64,000 nt of DNA from Octopus bimaculoides. Its lineage: Eukaryota. The DNA is taken from contig NC_068989.1 of NCBI RefSeq assembly GCF_001194135.2, positions 66,207,525 to 66,271,524 on the forward strand. The letters run 5' to 3'. Made by a program: the position numbers and the translations under genes. The first letter of the stretch is position 1. Each line of letters opens with the position of its first letter. Shown piece after piece: positions 14,064-25,870 of the stretch. Below the pieces are notes generated by a model, which was given only the letters and a program-made list of their open reading frames with translations, did not search any database and had not been told where the DNA came from.

Positions 14064-14461
14064 GGGAGTGGCCGTGTGGTAAGTAGCTTGCTTACTAACC
14101 ACATGGTCCCGGGTTCAGTCCCACTGCGTGGCACCTTGGGCAAGTGTCTTCTACTATAGCCTCGGGCCGACCAAAGCCTTCTTTGTAGACGGAAACTGAA
14201 AGAAGCCCGTCGAATTTATGTATATATATGCGTATATGTTTGTGTGTCTGTGTTTTCCCCCCAACATCGCTTGACAACCGATGCTGGTGTGTTTACGTCC
14301 CCGTAACTTAGCGGTTCGGCAAAAGAGATCGATAGAATAAGTACTAGGCTTACAAAGAATAAGTCCTAGGGTCGATTTGCTCGACTAAAGGCGGTTTTCC
14401 AGCATGGCCCCAGTCAAATGCCTGAAACAAGTAAAAGAGTAAAAGAGAGTAAAGAGAGTAA
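14064..14461 (+). mobile_element. SINE family A, near full-length young copy (tRNA head, CORE-like segment, internal microsatellite, 3' module, (GAGTAAAA)n tail)
   Basis: Pol III A box TGGCCGTGTGG 14069-14079 and B box GGTTCAGTCCC 14112-14122; ggcaccttgggcaagtgtctt resembles the CORE ACCTTGGGCAAGT motif; highly similar to 44288-44698 and 52331-52766. Confidence 0.9.
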
Positions 14462-14534
14462 TGTATTCACATATTCTATGAGGTTGTATAAGTCACCTTT
14501 GCTCTTTTAGCAATTTATTCACATAGTTTATGAG

Positions 14535-14990
14535 GTAACATTAGTTTCAAATTTTGGCACAAAACCATCAGTTTTGAGGAGAGGGGCTAAGTCGATTAAA
14601 TCAACCCATACTACACTGATGCTTATTTTATCGACCTCAGAAGAATTTCTATATACATATATAGAACTATTACATTTATATACACGCATGTATATTTGTA
14701 TGTATTTATAAATTTATATCGACCTCGGTAGAATTTGAACTCAAAGTGTAAAGACGGACGAAATGCCGCTTAGTATTTTGCTCGGCATGTTAACGATTCT
14801 GCCAGCTTACAGCTTATCCCTTATATTAACATTGGTTTCGAATTCCAGCACAAGGCCAGCAATTTCGGGAGAGATATCGATCTCAATGCTCATCTGGTAT
14901 TTATTTTATCAATCCCAAATGGATGAAAGGCAACATCGACCTCGGTGGAATTTGAACTCAGACCGTAACGATCTTGTCAGCTTCCCGCCT
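14535..14990 (-). mobile_element. Two tandem family B SINE copies, the first split by an AT-rich insert
   Basis: Reverse complement of ggcgagctggcagaatcgttagca...gttcaaattccgccgaggtcgac...gataaaataagtaccag. Confidence 0.75.
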
Positions 14991-15069
14991 ATCCCTTATA
15001 TTAATATCACCACAACTTGGCCCGTCATCTTTCCGGATTCGAAATAGAGTATCAGCGTTGGGCGGTGGT

Positions 15070-15295
15070 TTGTAGTACAGCAGTACAAGGTCGGTGGAAT
15101 ACATTTTGGACTCATGATGCTCTCTATTCGAATGCCACCTTCACTTAATTTGATGGTAAACTTAAAAGGTTGCACAGATTAACACCACTACATGGAATTT
15201 TGTGTATATTTAGGGGAGTCCACTCGATTGCAAGCATGTTGGGCGTGCGTATTGATTTGAAGATACGGCACTTCCTCCTTCCTCCCCACCAGTGA
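15070..15295. repeat. Diverged direct repeat X, copy 1
   Basis: Shares ctctattc.aat, ttaatttg.tggtaaa..cttaaaagg, gacaccac.acat, ggagtc.actcg.ttg.aagcat and cctcc..ccccaccagt with 15760-15992. Confidence 0.7.
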
Positions 15296-15450
15296 AGCTA
15301 GCAGAATCGTTCTGAGTTCAAATTCCGCCGGGATCGACTTTGCCTTTCATCCTTCAGGGGTCGATAAAATAAGTACCAATTGAAGATGTAATCGACTCAT
15401 CCCTACCTACGAAATTGTTGACCTTGTATAAAAATTTTAAACCAATATTA
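15293..15450 (+). mobile_element. SINE family B with internal deletion
   Basis: gttctgagttcaaattccgccgggatcgactttgcctttcatcc...gtcgataaaataagtacc. Confidence 0.8.
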
Positions 15451-15759
15451 ACATAAGACGCCCTTGCTTCTTTACTAATATTCACATATTTATGAGGTAA
15501 AACACCTATACTCTTATCAATTAATTCACATATTTTATGAGTAATACGAGACACCTTCTCTCGTTTAATAAGTTCTTAGGCTATATTGTGTTAAGCTACG
15601 CTAAAAATCCTTGCAGTGGTTTCACATTACAGCGTCATATATAATGCCTTGCATATCTTATTCCGGTACCATGCGTATCCTTCTGGGGCCAACTTTGCTT
15701 TTCCACCTTCAGGGATCGATAAATAAAGTATCAGCATAAAGCAGTAGATCATAGTGCAA

Positions 15760-15992
15760 CAGTGCAGTGCGGGTTCGGACGGAAAATCTTCTGATAGCTG
15801 TTCTAATTCATTGCGTTCTCTATTCCAATCCCGTCGTCATTTAATTTGGTGGTAAAATAGACTTAAAAGGTCACACAGTTTGACACCACCACATCGCACC
15901 TTGAGTTATGTAGTGGAGTCAACTCGGTTGAAAGCATTTTGGACAAGGTTATTATTTTAAGAATACGCCCCTCCTCCTCCCTTCCCACCAGT
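15760..15992. repeat. Diverged direct repeat X, copy 2
   Basis: See 15070-15295. Confidence 0.7.
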
Positions 15993-16429
15993 TTTGGAGG
16001 CCCTAACTAAGAGTGCAAGCAAACTGTTTTTAATGAACCATCAGTGCTGTTAATTTTTTTTCTTTGGCTGGCAGGGGGCGGTCAGTTAGTTTCTTTATGT
16101 TAAAGATCGATTTCTTCATCACATTAATTATATTTCTATTTGTCGTGCTATTGAACTGTTAGTTCAAATTTTTCTCAGCAATTTTGATTTGCCGACAGCA
16201 CCATTCTTTGATGTTCGTTTCTCGACAAAGAATATAATTACTACATTTAAAAATACATTTGTATTGTATCAGAAAAAAATATATATAAATACACAGTTTT
16301 ATCACAATATCACTTATACTATTCTACAACATCTTAGAAGGGTTTGCTTAGTCAGGTACAAGGCCAGGTTAGCATTAGCAAGATCGATAGTATAGTCCAT
16401 TCAATTAGCCTCAGTGTCTTTTATCTATT

Positions 16430-16838
16430 ACGTATTCCATTCATTGGATGGCGGTCATGCTGGAACATCACCTTGAAGGATTTAATCGAACAAATCGACT
16501 CTAGGACGCTTTTTTAAAGTTTGATACTTCTTCTATCGGTTACTTTGGTCGAACCGCTAGGATACGGGTACATAAACAAACCAACACTGGTTGTCAAGCG
16601 GTGGGGCTCGACAAACATAAAAACATGTACACGCACGCACGCACACATACACACACGCGCGCGCATACGCATATATAATTATGCGTATCATATGTACATG
16701 ACGGGTTTTCCACACAGTTTCCGTCTGCCAGATTTACTTACAAGGCATTGGTCAGCCTTGTAGCTATAGTAGAAGACACTTATTGAACCTGAAACCACGT
16801 GGTTTCAAAGCGGATTTCTTAACCATACAGCCACCCCT
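16430..16838 (-). mobile_element. SINE family A, diverged
   Basis: Collinear with the reverse complement of 14064-14461, including the internal (CA)n/(CG)n tract. Confidence 0.8.
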
Positions 16839-16874
16839 GGTACTATTTTACACCCTCTGGAAAAATAGAACAAA

Positions 16875-17068
16875 TATTCGTTTCTACTCTAAGCACAAGG
16901 CCCGAAATTTTGGGATAGGGAGCCAGTCGATTAGATCGACCCAAATGCGCAACTGGTACTTTATTTATCGACCCCGAAAGGATGAAAGGCAAAGTCGACT
17001 TCGGCGGAATATGAACTTAGAACGGTACAGCAGACGAAATACATCTAAGCATTTCGCCCGGCGTGCTG
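16875..17068 (-). mobile_element. SINE family B
   Basis: atcgaccccgaaaggatgaaaggcaaagtcgac...aagcatttcgcccggcgtgct. Confidence 0.85.
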
Positions 17069-17489
17069 TAGTATTACAACGAGATTTTTGGGTTTTTTGT
17101 TTTATCAGTGGACTTTGACTATGGTGTGGAAATATCTTCTCTGGAGACGCAAGTATCTCTATTGTTTATATTGACTTCAAGTTATCGCAATTTTTATTCC
17201 CCTTAAAATTTTCTGTTCCAGTATAGCTTTGTCACGTGCTCTTTCTTACATGTACGGATTGGTTTGTGGATTTCGCATAAAAGAGGGAAGATAAATCAAA
17301 CATTACAAAATACAGCATAAGGAATGTGTATTCAAATTTGATTTTAACTACAGCAATAGTAAGATGGTTTAAGTGTACAAAGTGTACAAAACGAATTAAT
17401 ATTGGTTTTTGAATTTTGGTTAAATATTCTATATCCCCAACCTAATTCACTGATTCTAACCTAACGAAAGTTATTCCCAATCTAACCAT

Positions 17490-17865
17490 ATAGAGAATTG
17501 GCAGTATGGTAAGAAGCTTGCTTCCCAACCACATGGTTCCGAGTTCAACCCAACTGCATGGCATCTTGGACAAGTTTATTTTACCATAGCATCGGGCCAA
17601 CCAAAGCCTTGTGAGTGGATTAAGTAGACGGAAACTGAAAGAAACCCGTCGTGTGTGTGTGTGAGACTGTTTGTCCCCCACCACCGCTTGACAACCTGCG
17701 TCGATGTGATTATGCCTCTGTAGCTTATCGGTTCGACCTAAGAGATCGATAGAATAATACCAGAGTTTTAAAAAAATGTACTGGGGTCGATTAATTCGAC
17801 TAAAAATTCTTCGAGGCCGTGCCCCAGCATGGCCGCAGTCTAATGACTGAAACAAGTAAATTATA
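17490..17865 (+). mobile_element. SINE family A
   Basis: Head ggcagtatggtaagaagcttgcttcccaaccacatggttccgagttc; tail ccagcatggccgcagtctaatgactgaaacaag. Confidence 0.85.
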
Positions 17866-18292
17866 AAAGATGCGTATCTAAACATCAAACAATAAAGCCG
17901 CGATAATAAGAGCTCAACAAATAACAGGTCGTTAAACGCGAACACCTCGTTACATTAACCGAAATGCGTGTGGAACCGACTTGTATGTATATCCATATTC
18001 AGCAAAAACGATATTTAGGAGCATTATATTTAGCAGAAAAGCAGTGAGTTATAACTTTCACATATAGTTCTCACTTTGATTTTGCTCAACAGCTGTTTCA
18101 TTACGATAAATATCATTAAATGTATTATTACTTGATTGGGATACACAGTTATTTTTAATCGAATCAATTTAAATTAAACAAAATTAAAAGCTGGTTTTAC
18201 CCTAAATCAGTACTCTATGAATGTAGTTAGGTTAATCAGAAAACTGTGAATGATTATTGTCATTCTATTTACCTTGTCAAACCAGTAAACAT

Positions 18293-18357
<65 letters not shown>

Positions 18358-18412
18358 NNNNNNNNNNNNNNNNNNNNNNNNNNNNNNNNNNNNNNNNNNN
18401 NNNNNNNNNNNN

Positions 18413-18472
<60 letters not shown>

Positions 18473-21018
18473 TATCTCTCTCCCTCCGACCAATAGTTCT
18501 TCCCAGAACGGTAACCCTTTCTCCATCCTCACAACATAAAATTTATTCCACCGTTTGAACTTTTTGTACGGTCGAAGCTATGTTTACTTTGAAATCTTTC
18601 TCTGACATTCTATTTTTCAAGTCCGAAGATATTATTGGTTGTAGATAAGGTCATCATCTTGCTATTATTGCTATCAATAAAGGTCATCATTATAGTTCAA
18701 GGTTATTGAATAGTTTTTTTAGATATTTGATTTACTCATCCATTTAGATAACCTTTCCAAGTTGTGTAGTAACCTGTTACTTCATATTGAACTTCCATCA
18801 TCAATTTTCGAAAAGTATACCTTACTTTGCATGTTCCTTCTTTTTCTTTTTCATTTTGTAAATAACTGTTCCATCGGTAATTACAATACAAGCGCTTAGA
18901 TGTCTACATTTATGAGATGAGCTATAACAAGATAGGTAAGGATTTATCGTGCTATCTACATTATTTTATGCGTTCTCATTTACATCACAGAATATTTCTA
19001 GTTTCTAGCACCATATTGTCTGTTCATCTGCAGGCACCATATTTTGTATAGGAATTTTGCCTTTATATCAATGCCGTGTTTCTGAATTTGTGTGTATGCG
19101 TGCGTGTGTTTGTGCTTTTTTTCTACCCAATGCAACGTATAAGCGTAAAAGCAAATAAAGAATATATCGATTCACATCTTATATAAATATAAAAAAAAGC
19201 ATTGTGCAAATACGAGATCAATGGAAATAAGAATGAGGTACGAACAATTCTAACGTTTCCCTTTAGACGCATGAATCACAATAGTATTTTCAACAATCAG
19301 TCTATTAGATCAATAACAGTTCCAATCATGTGTTGATGTGTCCTTTCTCTGTCTCTTTTAATGCTTCTAAAATTACCTCGCTTCCTTTAAAATGGATAAC
19401 TGCAGAGCTTCTCTATCCAACCAACATATTCGACACATCTCCCTTCTATCGATCATTCCTATTGTGCATCATTACCCGGCTGCAATCTTCACTACAGACT
19501 CTTCTCACCCAAAAATACATTTTTTTAAAACCTCATCCAGTCCACAATTATTTATCAGCATTAATCTTCAAATCGTCTGAATTTAACATAAGAACATTTC
19601 TTCCATTTCTCTGTTGTATGTTCGTCCTTACCATAAATCACCCACTAAAGAGACATACAAGTAGAGATAGCCGGAGATAACAATCTATAATCTATGATCA
19701 ATCGCCAACCTGTTCCAAACATACAGAGGATAGTGACAATGAACGAGAAATATTGAAAAATATACTTCTGGCATATTCAATCGATCTTTCAATAGACAAA
19801 AGGAACTGCTGTGATAAAGCTAGTACAAACCTAAAACACAACAAAATACCATTAACATATCCACCAACGCGCAGTGGAATGAGCGTCTCCACGCCAACGG
19901 AAGAGAGTAACAGAATATAGAGCTCTATACATATATTTCGGTAATTGTAATTGCTGATATCTTGCAAACTGACTGAGAGCACTTTATTGTTTATCGTCCT
20001 GGGACTAAAAGGTACGTTCTTGATATCGTAAACGGGTAACCGATTTGTATCATCTGGAAGGCTACCATAACGAATAGCATCTACACTTTGCTATGTCTCC
20101 ACTAAACCATAACTGCCAGAACTACTTGTTCGATGAGAAGCACCTTTGTTTAAAATGCGGTTACGACGTGGCATTTCGGTGATCAGCAAGTCCTAATAGC
20201 ACTTCATTATGATATCATCTCTAAGCCATCTGCAACCAGTCGATCAAACATGTGTACAGACGATACCCAATGTAAATGTAACTTATCATCAGTTGAATAC
20301 ATACCTTTGATTTCAAGAGAGGACAGGTCTGCTTTGTTTAAGGATAATGGGAACTTTTCTGGCCACCAACAGCATCCAGTTGATGTACTAGGCTAGAACA
20401 GCATGATTCATAAATATAACATATCTGTAAGTTGTGCCATCTGTTCCGGCTGTTTTTTGTAGTTTTGTACTCCTACATAGGAACAGGGTTCTCTTTACGC
20501 GTATTCTTTCGATTAACTTTAGTCTGGAGGGGTTTTTTTATGATTATGTACGTCTTAACAGTGGGGCATACAGTATTTTTGGGGGGTACTGCTAATCCGC
20601 TTCAGATGAAATATATATCTGTATGTGTATATTTGCATGCATGTGTGTTTGTGTGTGTGTGCATATATGTGTCTGTGTGTATGTTTGGTACATCATCAAA
20701 CAGGCTACAAAGAGCACAATACATGAGCATATATATTTTATTTTTTATCAGCAACAGTTACAGCGTTACTTGAATGGTCAATAATTTGGTGCATTGCATT
20801 TATCAAACTCTGATTATATATATATACATATGCATATCCATATGATGGACTCTCTCGTCGAAGACGACGAATGAGCATTCAGCTTTTGCTGAAGAAGCTG
20901 CACAAATGATTTTCTTATAGTGGTCAAATGTTCGTGCCGCATATTAGCTCACTCTCTCCTTCAAATCGACGTTGTCTGAACAGGTATACTGTGTACCACG
21001 CATCAGGTGGTATACATA

Positions 21019-21067
<49 letters not shown>

Positions 21068-21196
21068 NNNNNNNNNNNNNNNNNNNNNNNNNNNNNNNNN
21101 NNNNNNNNNNNNNNNNNNNNNNNNNNNNNNNNNNNNNNNNNNNNNNNNNNNNNNNNNNNNNNNNNNNNNNNNNNNNNNNNNNNNNNNNNNNNNNNN

Positions 21197-21230
<34 letters not shown>

Positions 21231-22112
21231 TGCATGCATGCATTTAGGTATGGATGGATGAATGGATCGTACGATCAATCGATTGATAGATCGATGGATC
21301 GGTGAACGTACGCATGTGCAATGTGTGAGTAAGAGGGCACGAGTGTGTAGGCGCGTGTCTATGTGTATATATTACTGAAATCACACCTCACGCCGCTACA
21401 TATTTTTTATACTATAGGAGATAAATCCGACGACTGAATGTGTAAAATATTATCGCCACGTAAGGACTAATTTTATTCCTATAAGCATTTGGTTAAAAGA
21501 GACCCACAGCAATGATCGACTCCATTCATTTATGCAGTTTATAGTTTTTATTCCAATGAAGTCAAAGGGGGTGTTCTCTTTTTTCTTTTAGTGGAATTCT
21601 ATTTTGAAAAAAAAAAAACCGGAAGTATAAAAAATACTTGGAAATCTATAAAATTCTTGTGAAAATAAATCTTCAAATAAAACTGTAAGCAGCGAAAACA
21701 TTTATTATATACAGCGTTTCTTATCTCTCGGAGACGGGAAACTATAATCAGTTACAAACTTCTGCCTGATATCTTTTATCGTGGAGAGAAGGAGAAAGTG
21801 AGAGAGAAAGAAAATCAGAGAGAAAACTGTAGAGAGAGAGAGTGGGGTGGAAGAAAGGCCGATCGATTCTTAACAAACGTAACTCGGGTCTAACGGAATG
21901 GTTTTTCCACATCAGTTGGTATTTTCTTTGGAAATTCAACAATTCATTACCAATGGAACTTGGATTAAAAGACAGCAAAGGAATCCAACGCCAAAAGCTA
22001 CCACTATATACATGTAATCCTATGTACTTAAACATACACACAGACACAAAAATATACACACATACATTACACACAGACACAAAAATATACATACATAACA
22101 CACACACACACT

Positions 22113-22148
<36 letters not shown>

Positions 22149-22467
22149 CATATACACACAGAGGCACCACACAAAAATAGTCATGTTCCTAAAATAGACC
22201 GGCAAATTGATGAATCGGTATGGTTTTGGAATATAATCAGGGACTCGTCGAGTTCCATCGGCATTACATTATATACGTGTTATGTACAAGACACCTCTTA
22301 ACATCATCTTCATTAGGCAAGAGAAAAGGATCCAAAATATATGAACTTTTCATTACAGTAAAAGGAAATGCTGTCAAACTGAATATTACAAATTTGCGAT
22401 TGTAATGAGAAATTGCCCATTTACCTGTTGATACAGCTCAGATGATGGTGGCGAGGAAAGGGTATAT

Positions 22468-22468
22468 T

Positions 22469-22517
<49 letters not shown>

Positions 22518-22540
22518 CAGCAGCAGCAGCAGAAGAAGCA
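22468..22540. repeat. (AGT)n to (AGC)n compound microsatellite
   Basis: Directly visible. Confidence 0.95.
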
Positions 22541-22551
22541 GCAAAATTGTT

Positions 22552-22770
22552 GGCGCATCGGACAAGATGACTATTGGACTAGTGAAATTTCACCCGGTTC
22601 TTTATGCCTTTATTTTCTGAATTGAAACTCAACCAATTTCAGTTATGACTTTCATCCCACTCGGGAGTCAATAAAATGAAGTAACAAGCATGTACTAAGG
22701 TCCATTTGATTAACTAATAACCCACTCCCGTGCACAATTGCTGACCTCGTGCTGTAAATTAGAAACAAGT
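22552..22770 (+). mobile_element. SINE family B, very old
   Basis: Residual gactttcatccc..gggagtcaataaaatgaagta..c and tail ttgctgacctcgtgc. Confidence 0.5.
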
Positions 22771-22839
22771 GCATAGGACAGATGTTGAATGAGTAGGGGC
22801 GAGCGAAGGCAGACCGAAGGTGAAAAGTATCTAAAAGTA

Positions 22840-23260
22840 TCTAAGCTGGAACATTAAAACCTACTTCGCTTGAGGAAGAAGGCTCGACACACCTAAGGTG
22901 AGATTTCCGTCTGAGATGGAGACCAGAGAACACACAGTAACAGCCACAGGGATTGACGAATTAGTTCTCAGAGCGATCAAATCTGCCAGAGAATGGTCGA
23001 AGTACTCTTAGAAATAGATATCTGCTGGCTAGCTGAAGCCGCTTTGCTAGATCTGGGAACAAAGACTCTCGTATTGCAAGTCCACAGCGGTTGCTCTGAA
23101 GCGAGTGATTAGAATAGAATCATTAAGCTTGAATAAAGAAATAACAGTAGAGAAAAATAGATTACAGTGTGAAATAGCGAATAGAATGTTAAAAAGACAA
23201 TTAGGAAAGGCATCGCAGCCTACGTGTTAGCAACGAGAATAGCTCTCGAAAATTTCTTCA
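22840..23260 (+). mobile_element. Possible degraded LINE APE-endonuclease N-terminus
   Basis: Fragments SWNIKT and EIDICWLAE resemble the APE motifs xWNVRT and IDICCLxET; multiple stops and frameshifts. Confidence 0.3.
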
Positions 23261-23513
23261 AAGCGAAACAAAGTTTACGTATGCTCGTATTGTAAATATT
23301 GGTCTCTCTCTCTCTTTTTCTCTCTATCTCTCTCTCTCACTCTCTCTCACTCTCTCACTCTCTCTCTCTCTCTCTATCTGCATATANNNNNNNNNNNNNN
23401 NNNNNNNNNNNNNNNNNNNNNNNNNNNNNNNNNNNNNNNNNNNNNNNNNNNNNNNNNNNNNNNNNNNNNNNNNNNNNNNNNNNNNNNNNNNNNNNNNNNN
23501 NNNNNNNNNNNNN

Positions 23514-23553
<40 letters not shown>

Positions 23554-24542
23554 GCACACAGAGGGGTGAGGGATACACATATATACATTTATATATATGT
23601 ATGTATGTGTCTGTCTGTCTCTCTGTGTATGTGTATTTATGTATGTCATTCCTACTCTGAGTAAAACGATAATGGTCGGAGCAAAGGGAGCTGAAGCGGT
23701 TACTCATCTTAGCTTTGGTGAAAGCCGGTCAGTTAGGTCTCCTCAAGATGTGCACAGAGCAACGAAACTGTTTTGTAAAACCACTCTTTCAGTGTTCGTG
23801 CATTACTGATTTGAGAGGATTTTGCGAAAATAGCTGTTGTCAATAGGACGAATCCAGTTATCAGACAAGTTCAATATGAAGATCATCCTACAGGCTTTCT
23901 TTTACCGTGATGGGCAGGTAAGTTTTCCTGTGTGCTGCCTATGGCGAAAATGTTTGTGTACTGGTTGAGACTAAGAATAAGTATAATAAATGGAAGATAG
24001 CACGAACCAGCAGTAGTGTATTCGAACAAGCAACCTATCCATATCTATCAGGACTATTACTTTACGAGTGTAGCTCATACACGAGGACCAGCGTCAGACG
24101 GACGAAACTAAATAGAGAGTATAAAGACCACTCTTCATCAACTTATGAGTTTCATTTGGTGAGGAACGTGAGGAGTTTTAAAGAGGGTGGTCCTTCTCAT
24201 TGTAAATTCTTTGAAAGGTAAATTATACGTAATTATTACCAAACTGTAAATTTTTTGACGTTCTTAAACAACAATTTATATGATGTATGCTAGTGGGTCT
24301 GGTCTGTGTATACGCCTGTAGGTTGAGAAACGACAAATAAAAGAAGCCGCTTGACTTCAGTGTTCAGGGCCATTGAGGTTTAGTGCGTTTTACCTGACTG
24401 ACCCTTCACAGTTATCGAACCTATGGCGCAAATTTGTTTGTTTGGAATTGTATTGTTCTTTGCTCTAAAATATGTCATTATACGCCTTACAAACTCCTCC
24501 ACACCACTACCATGAGCGTATTGTGTTATAGTTATTATTATT

Positions 24543-25492
24543 GTTTTTTTTTCTTCTTTCTTCAAATTTTCTTCCATTTCTCGCCGAGTGTTTTCCGTAC
24601 ACCTAGGACAGAGAAGCTCATTGTATGCATTCCCAGTTTACACACGCAAATTCACAGGTAAAATATGTATTATAAAAAGCATTAATAAACAAATAAATTC
24701 ATGAATGGATGTTGTTTTCACAGCGATAATGCTCTTCTCAGTACATAAGTCTTTCCAGTTAACACGATTTTTTGCATTTNNNNNNNNNNNNNNNNNNNNN
24801 NNNNNNNNNNNNNNNNNNNNNNNNNNNNNNNNNNNNNNNNNNNNNNNNNNNNNNNNNNNNNNNNNNNNNNNNNNNNNNNNNNNNNNNNNNNNNNNNNNNN
24901 NNNNNNNNNNNNNNNNNNNNNNNNNNNNNNNNNNNNNNNNNNNNNNNNNNNNNNNNNNNNNNNNNNNNNNNNNNNNNNNNNNNNNNNNNNNNNNNNNNNN
25001 NNNNNNNNNNNNNNNNNNNNNNNNNNNNNNNNNNNNNNNNNNNNNNNNNNNNNNNNNNNNNNNNNNNNNNNNNNNNNNNNNNNNNNNNNNNNNNNNNNNN
25101 NNNNNNNNNNNNNNNNNNNNNNNNNNNNNNNNNNNNNNNNNNNNNNNNNNNNNNNNNNNNNNNNNNNNNNNNNNNNNNNNNNNNNNNNNNNNNNNNNNNN
25201 NNNNNNNNNNNNNNNNNNNNNNNNNNNNNNNNNNNNNNNNNNNNNNNNNNNNNNNNNNNNNNNNNNNNNNNNNNNNNNNNNNNNNNNNNNNNNNNNNNNN
25301 NNNNNNNNNNNNNNNNNNNNNNNNNNNNNNNNNNNNNNNNNNNNNNNNNNNNNNNNNNNNNNNNNNNNNNNNNNNNNNNNNNNNNNNNNNNNNNNNNNNN
25401 NNNNNNNNNNNNNNNNNNNNNNNNNNNNNNNNNNNNNNNNNNNNNNNNNNNNAAGCTGTACCTGTGGCAAAAATTTGAAATAAAATTTTGAA
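24543..25492 (-). mobile_element. 3' end of an R4/Dong-type non-LTR retrotransposon (spans a gap)
   Basis: Minus strand MQKIVLTGKTYVLRRALSL*, then a 3' UTR matching 38921-39081 and a poly(A); flanked by (TAA)n. Whether the post-gap bases belong to the element is uncertain. Confidence 0.75.
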
Positions 25493-25511
25493 ATTATTAT
25501 CATTATTATTA

Positions 25512-25576
<65 letters not shown>

Positions 25577-25648
25577 GTCATCATCATCAACATCATCATC
25601 GTCATTATTATTATTATTATTATTATCATTATTATTATTATTATTATT
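25493..25648. repeat. (ATT)n/(ATC)n microsatellite
   Basis: Directly visible. Confidence 0.95.
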
Positions 25649-25650
25649 AG

Positions 25651-25870
25651 GGCGGCAAGCAAGCGGAGTCGTTAGCACGCTGGACGAAATGCTTAGCGGT
25701 ATTTCGTCCGTCTTTATGTTCTGAGTTCAAATTCCGCCGAGGTCGACTTTGCATTTCATCCTTTGCGAGGTTGATAAATTAAGTACCAGTGAAACACTGG
25801 TTTCGATTTAATCGACTAGTCCCCTTCTCCCAAATTTCAGGCCTTGTGCCTATAGCAGATAGGATTATTA
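25651..25870 (+). mobile_element. SINE family B, full length, between (ATT)n tracts
   Basis: ggcggcaagc..gtcgttagcacgctggacgaaatgcttagcgg..gttcaaattccgccgaggtcgac..tail aaatttcaggccttgtgcctatag. Confidence 0.9.

Noticed and set aside
14064-14135. tRNA-like sequences with A/B boxes (also 28478 and 61310-61390)
   Set aside because: They continue into SINE bodies present in many copies and lack a proper acceptor stem; SINE heads, not tRNA genes.
18540-18840. Possible GIY-YIG-like fragment on the minus strand
   Set aside because: Similarity is too weak to support without alignment.
20840-20900. Two adjacent small hairpins (tcgtc-gaa-gacga; ttcagc-tttt-gctgaa)
   Set aside because: Stems of 5-6 bp only, with no ribozyme core order or element boundary.
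23821-23923. Perfect CAG|GTAAGT donor with an upstream open stretch
   Set aside because: The open frame stops (TGA) just before the donor; one such 9-mer is unsurprising in this much sequence.
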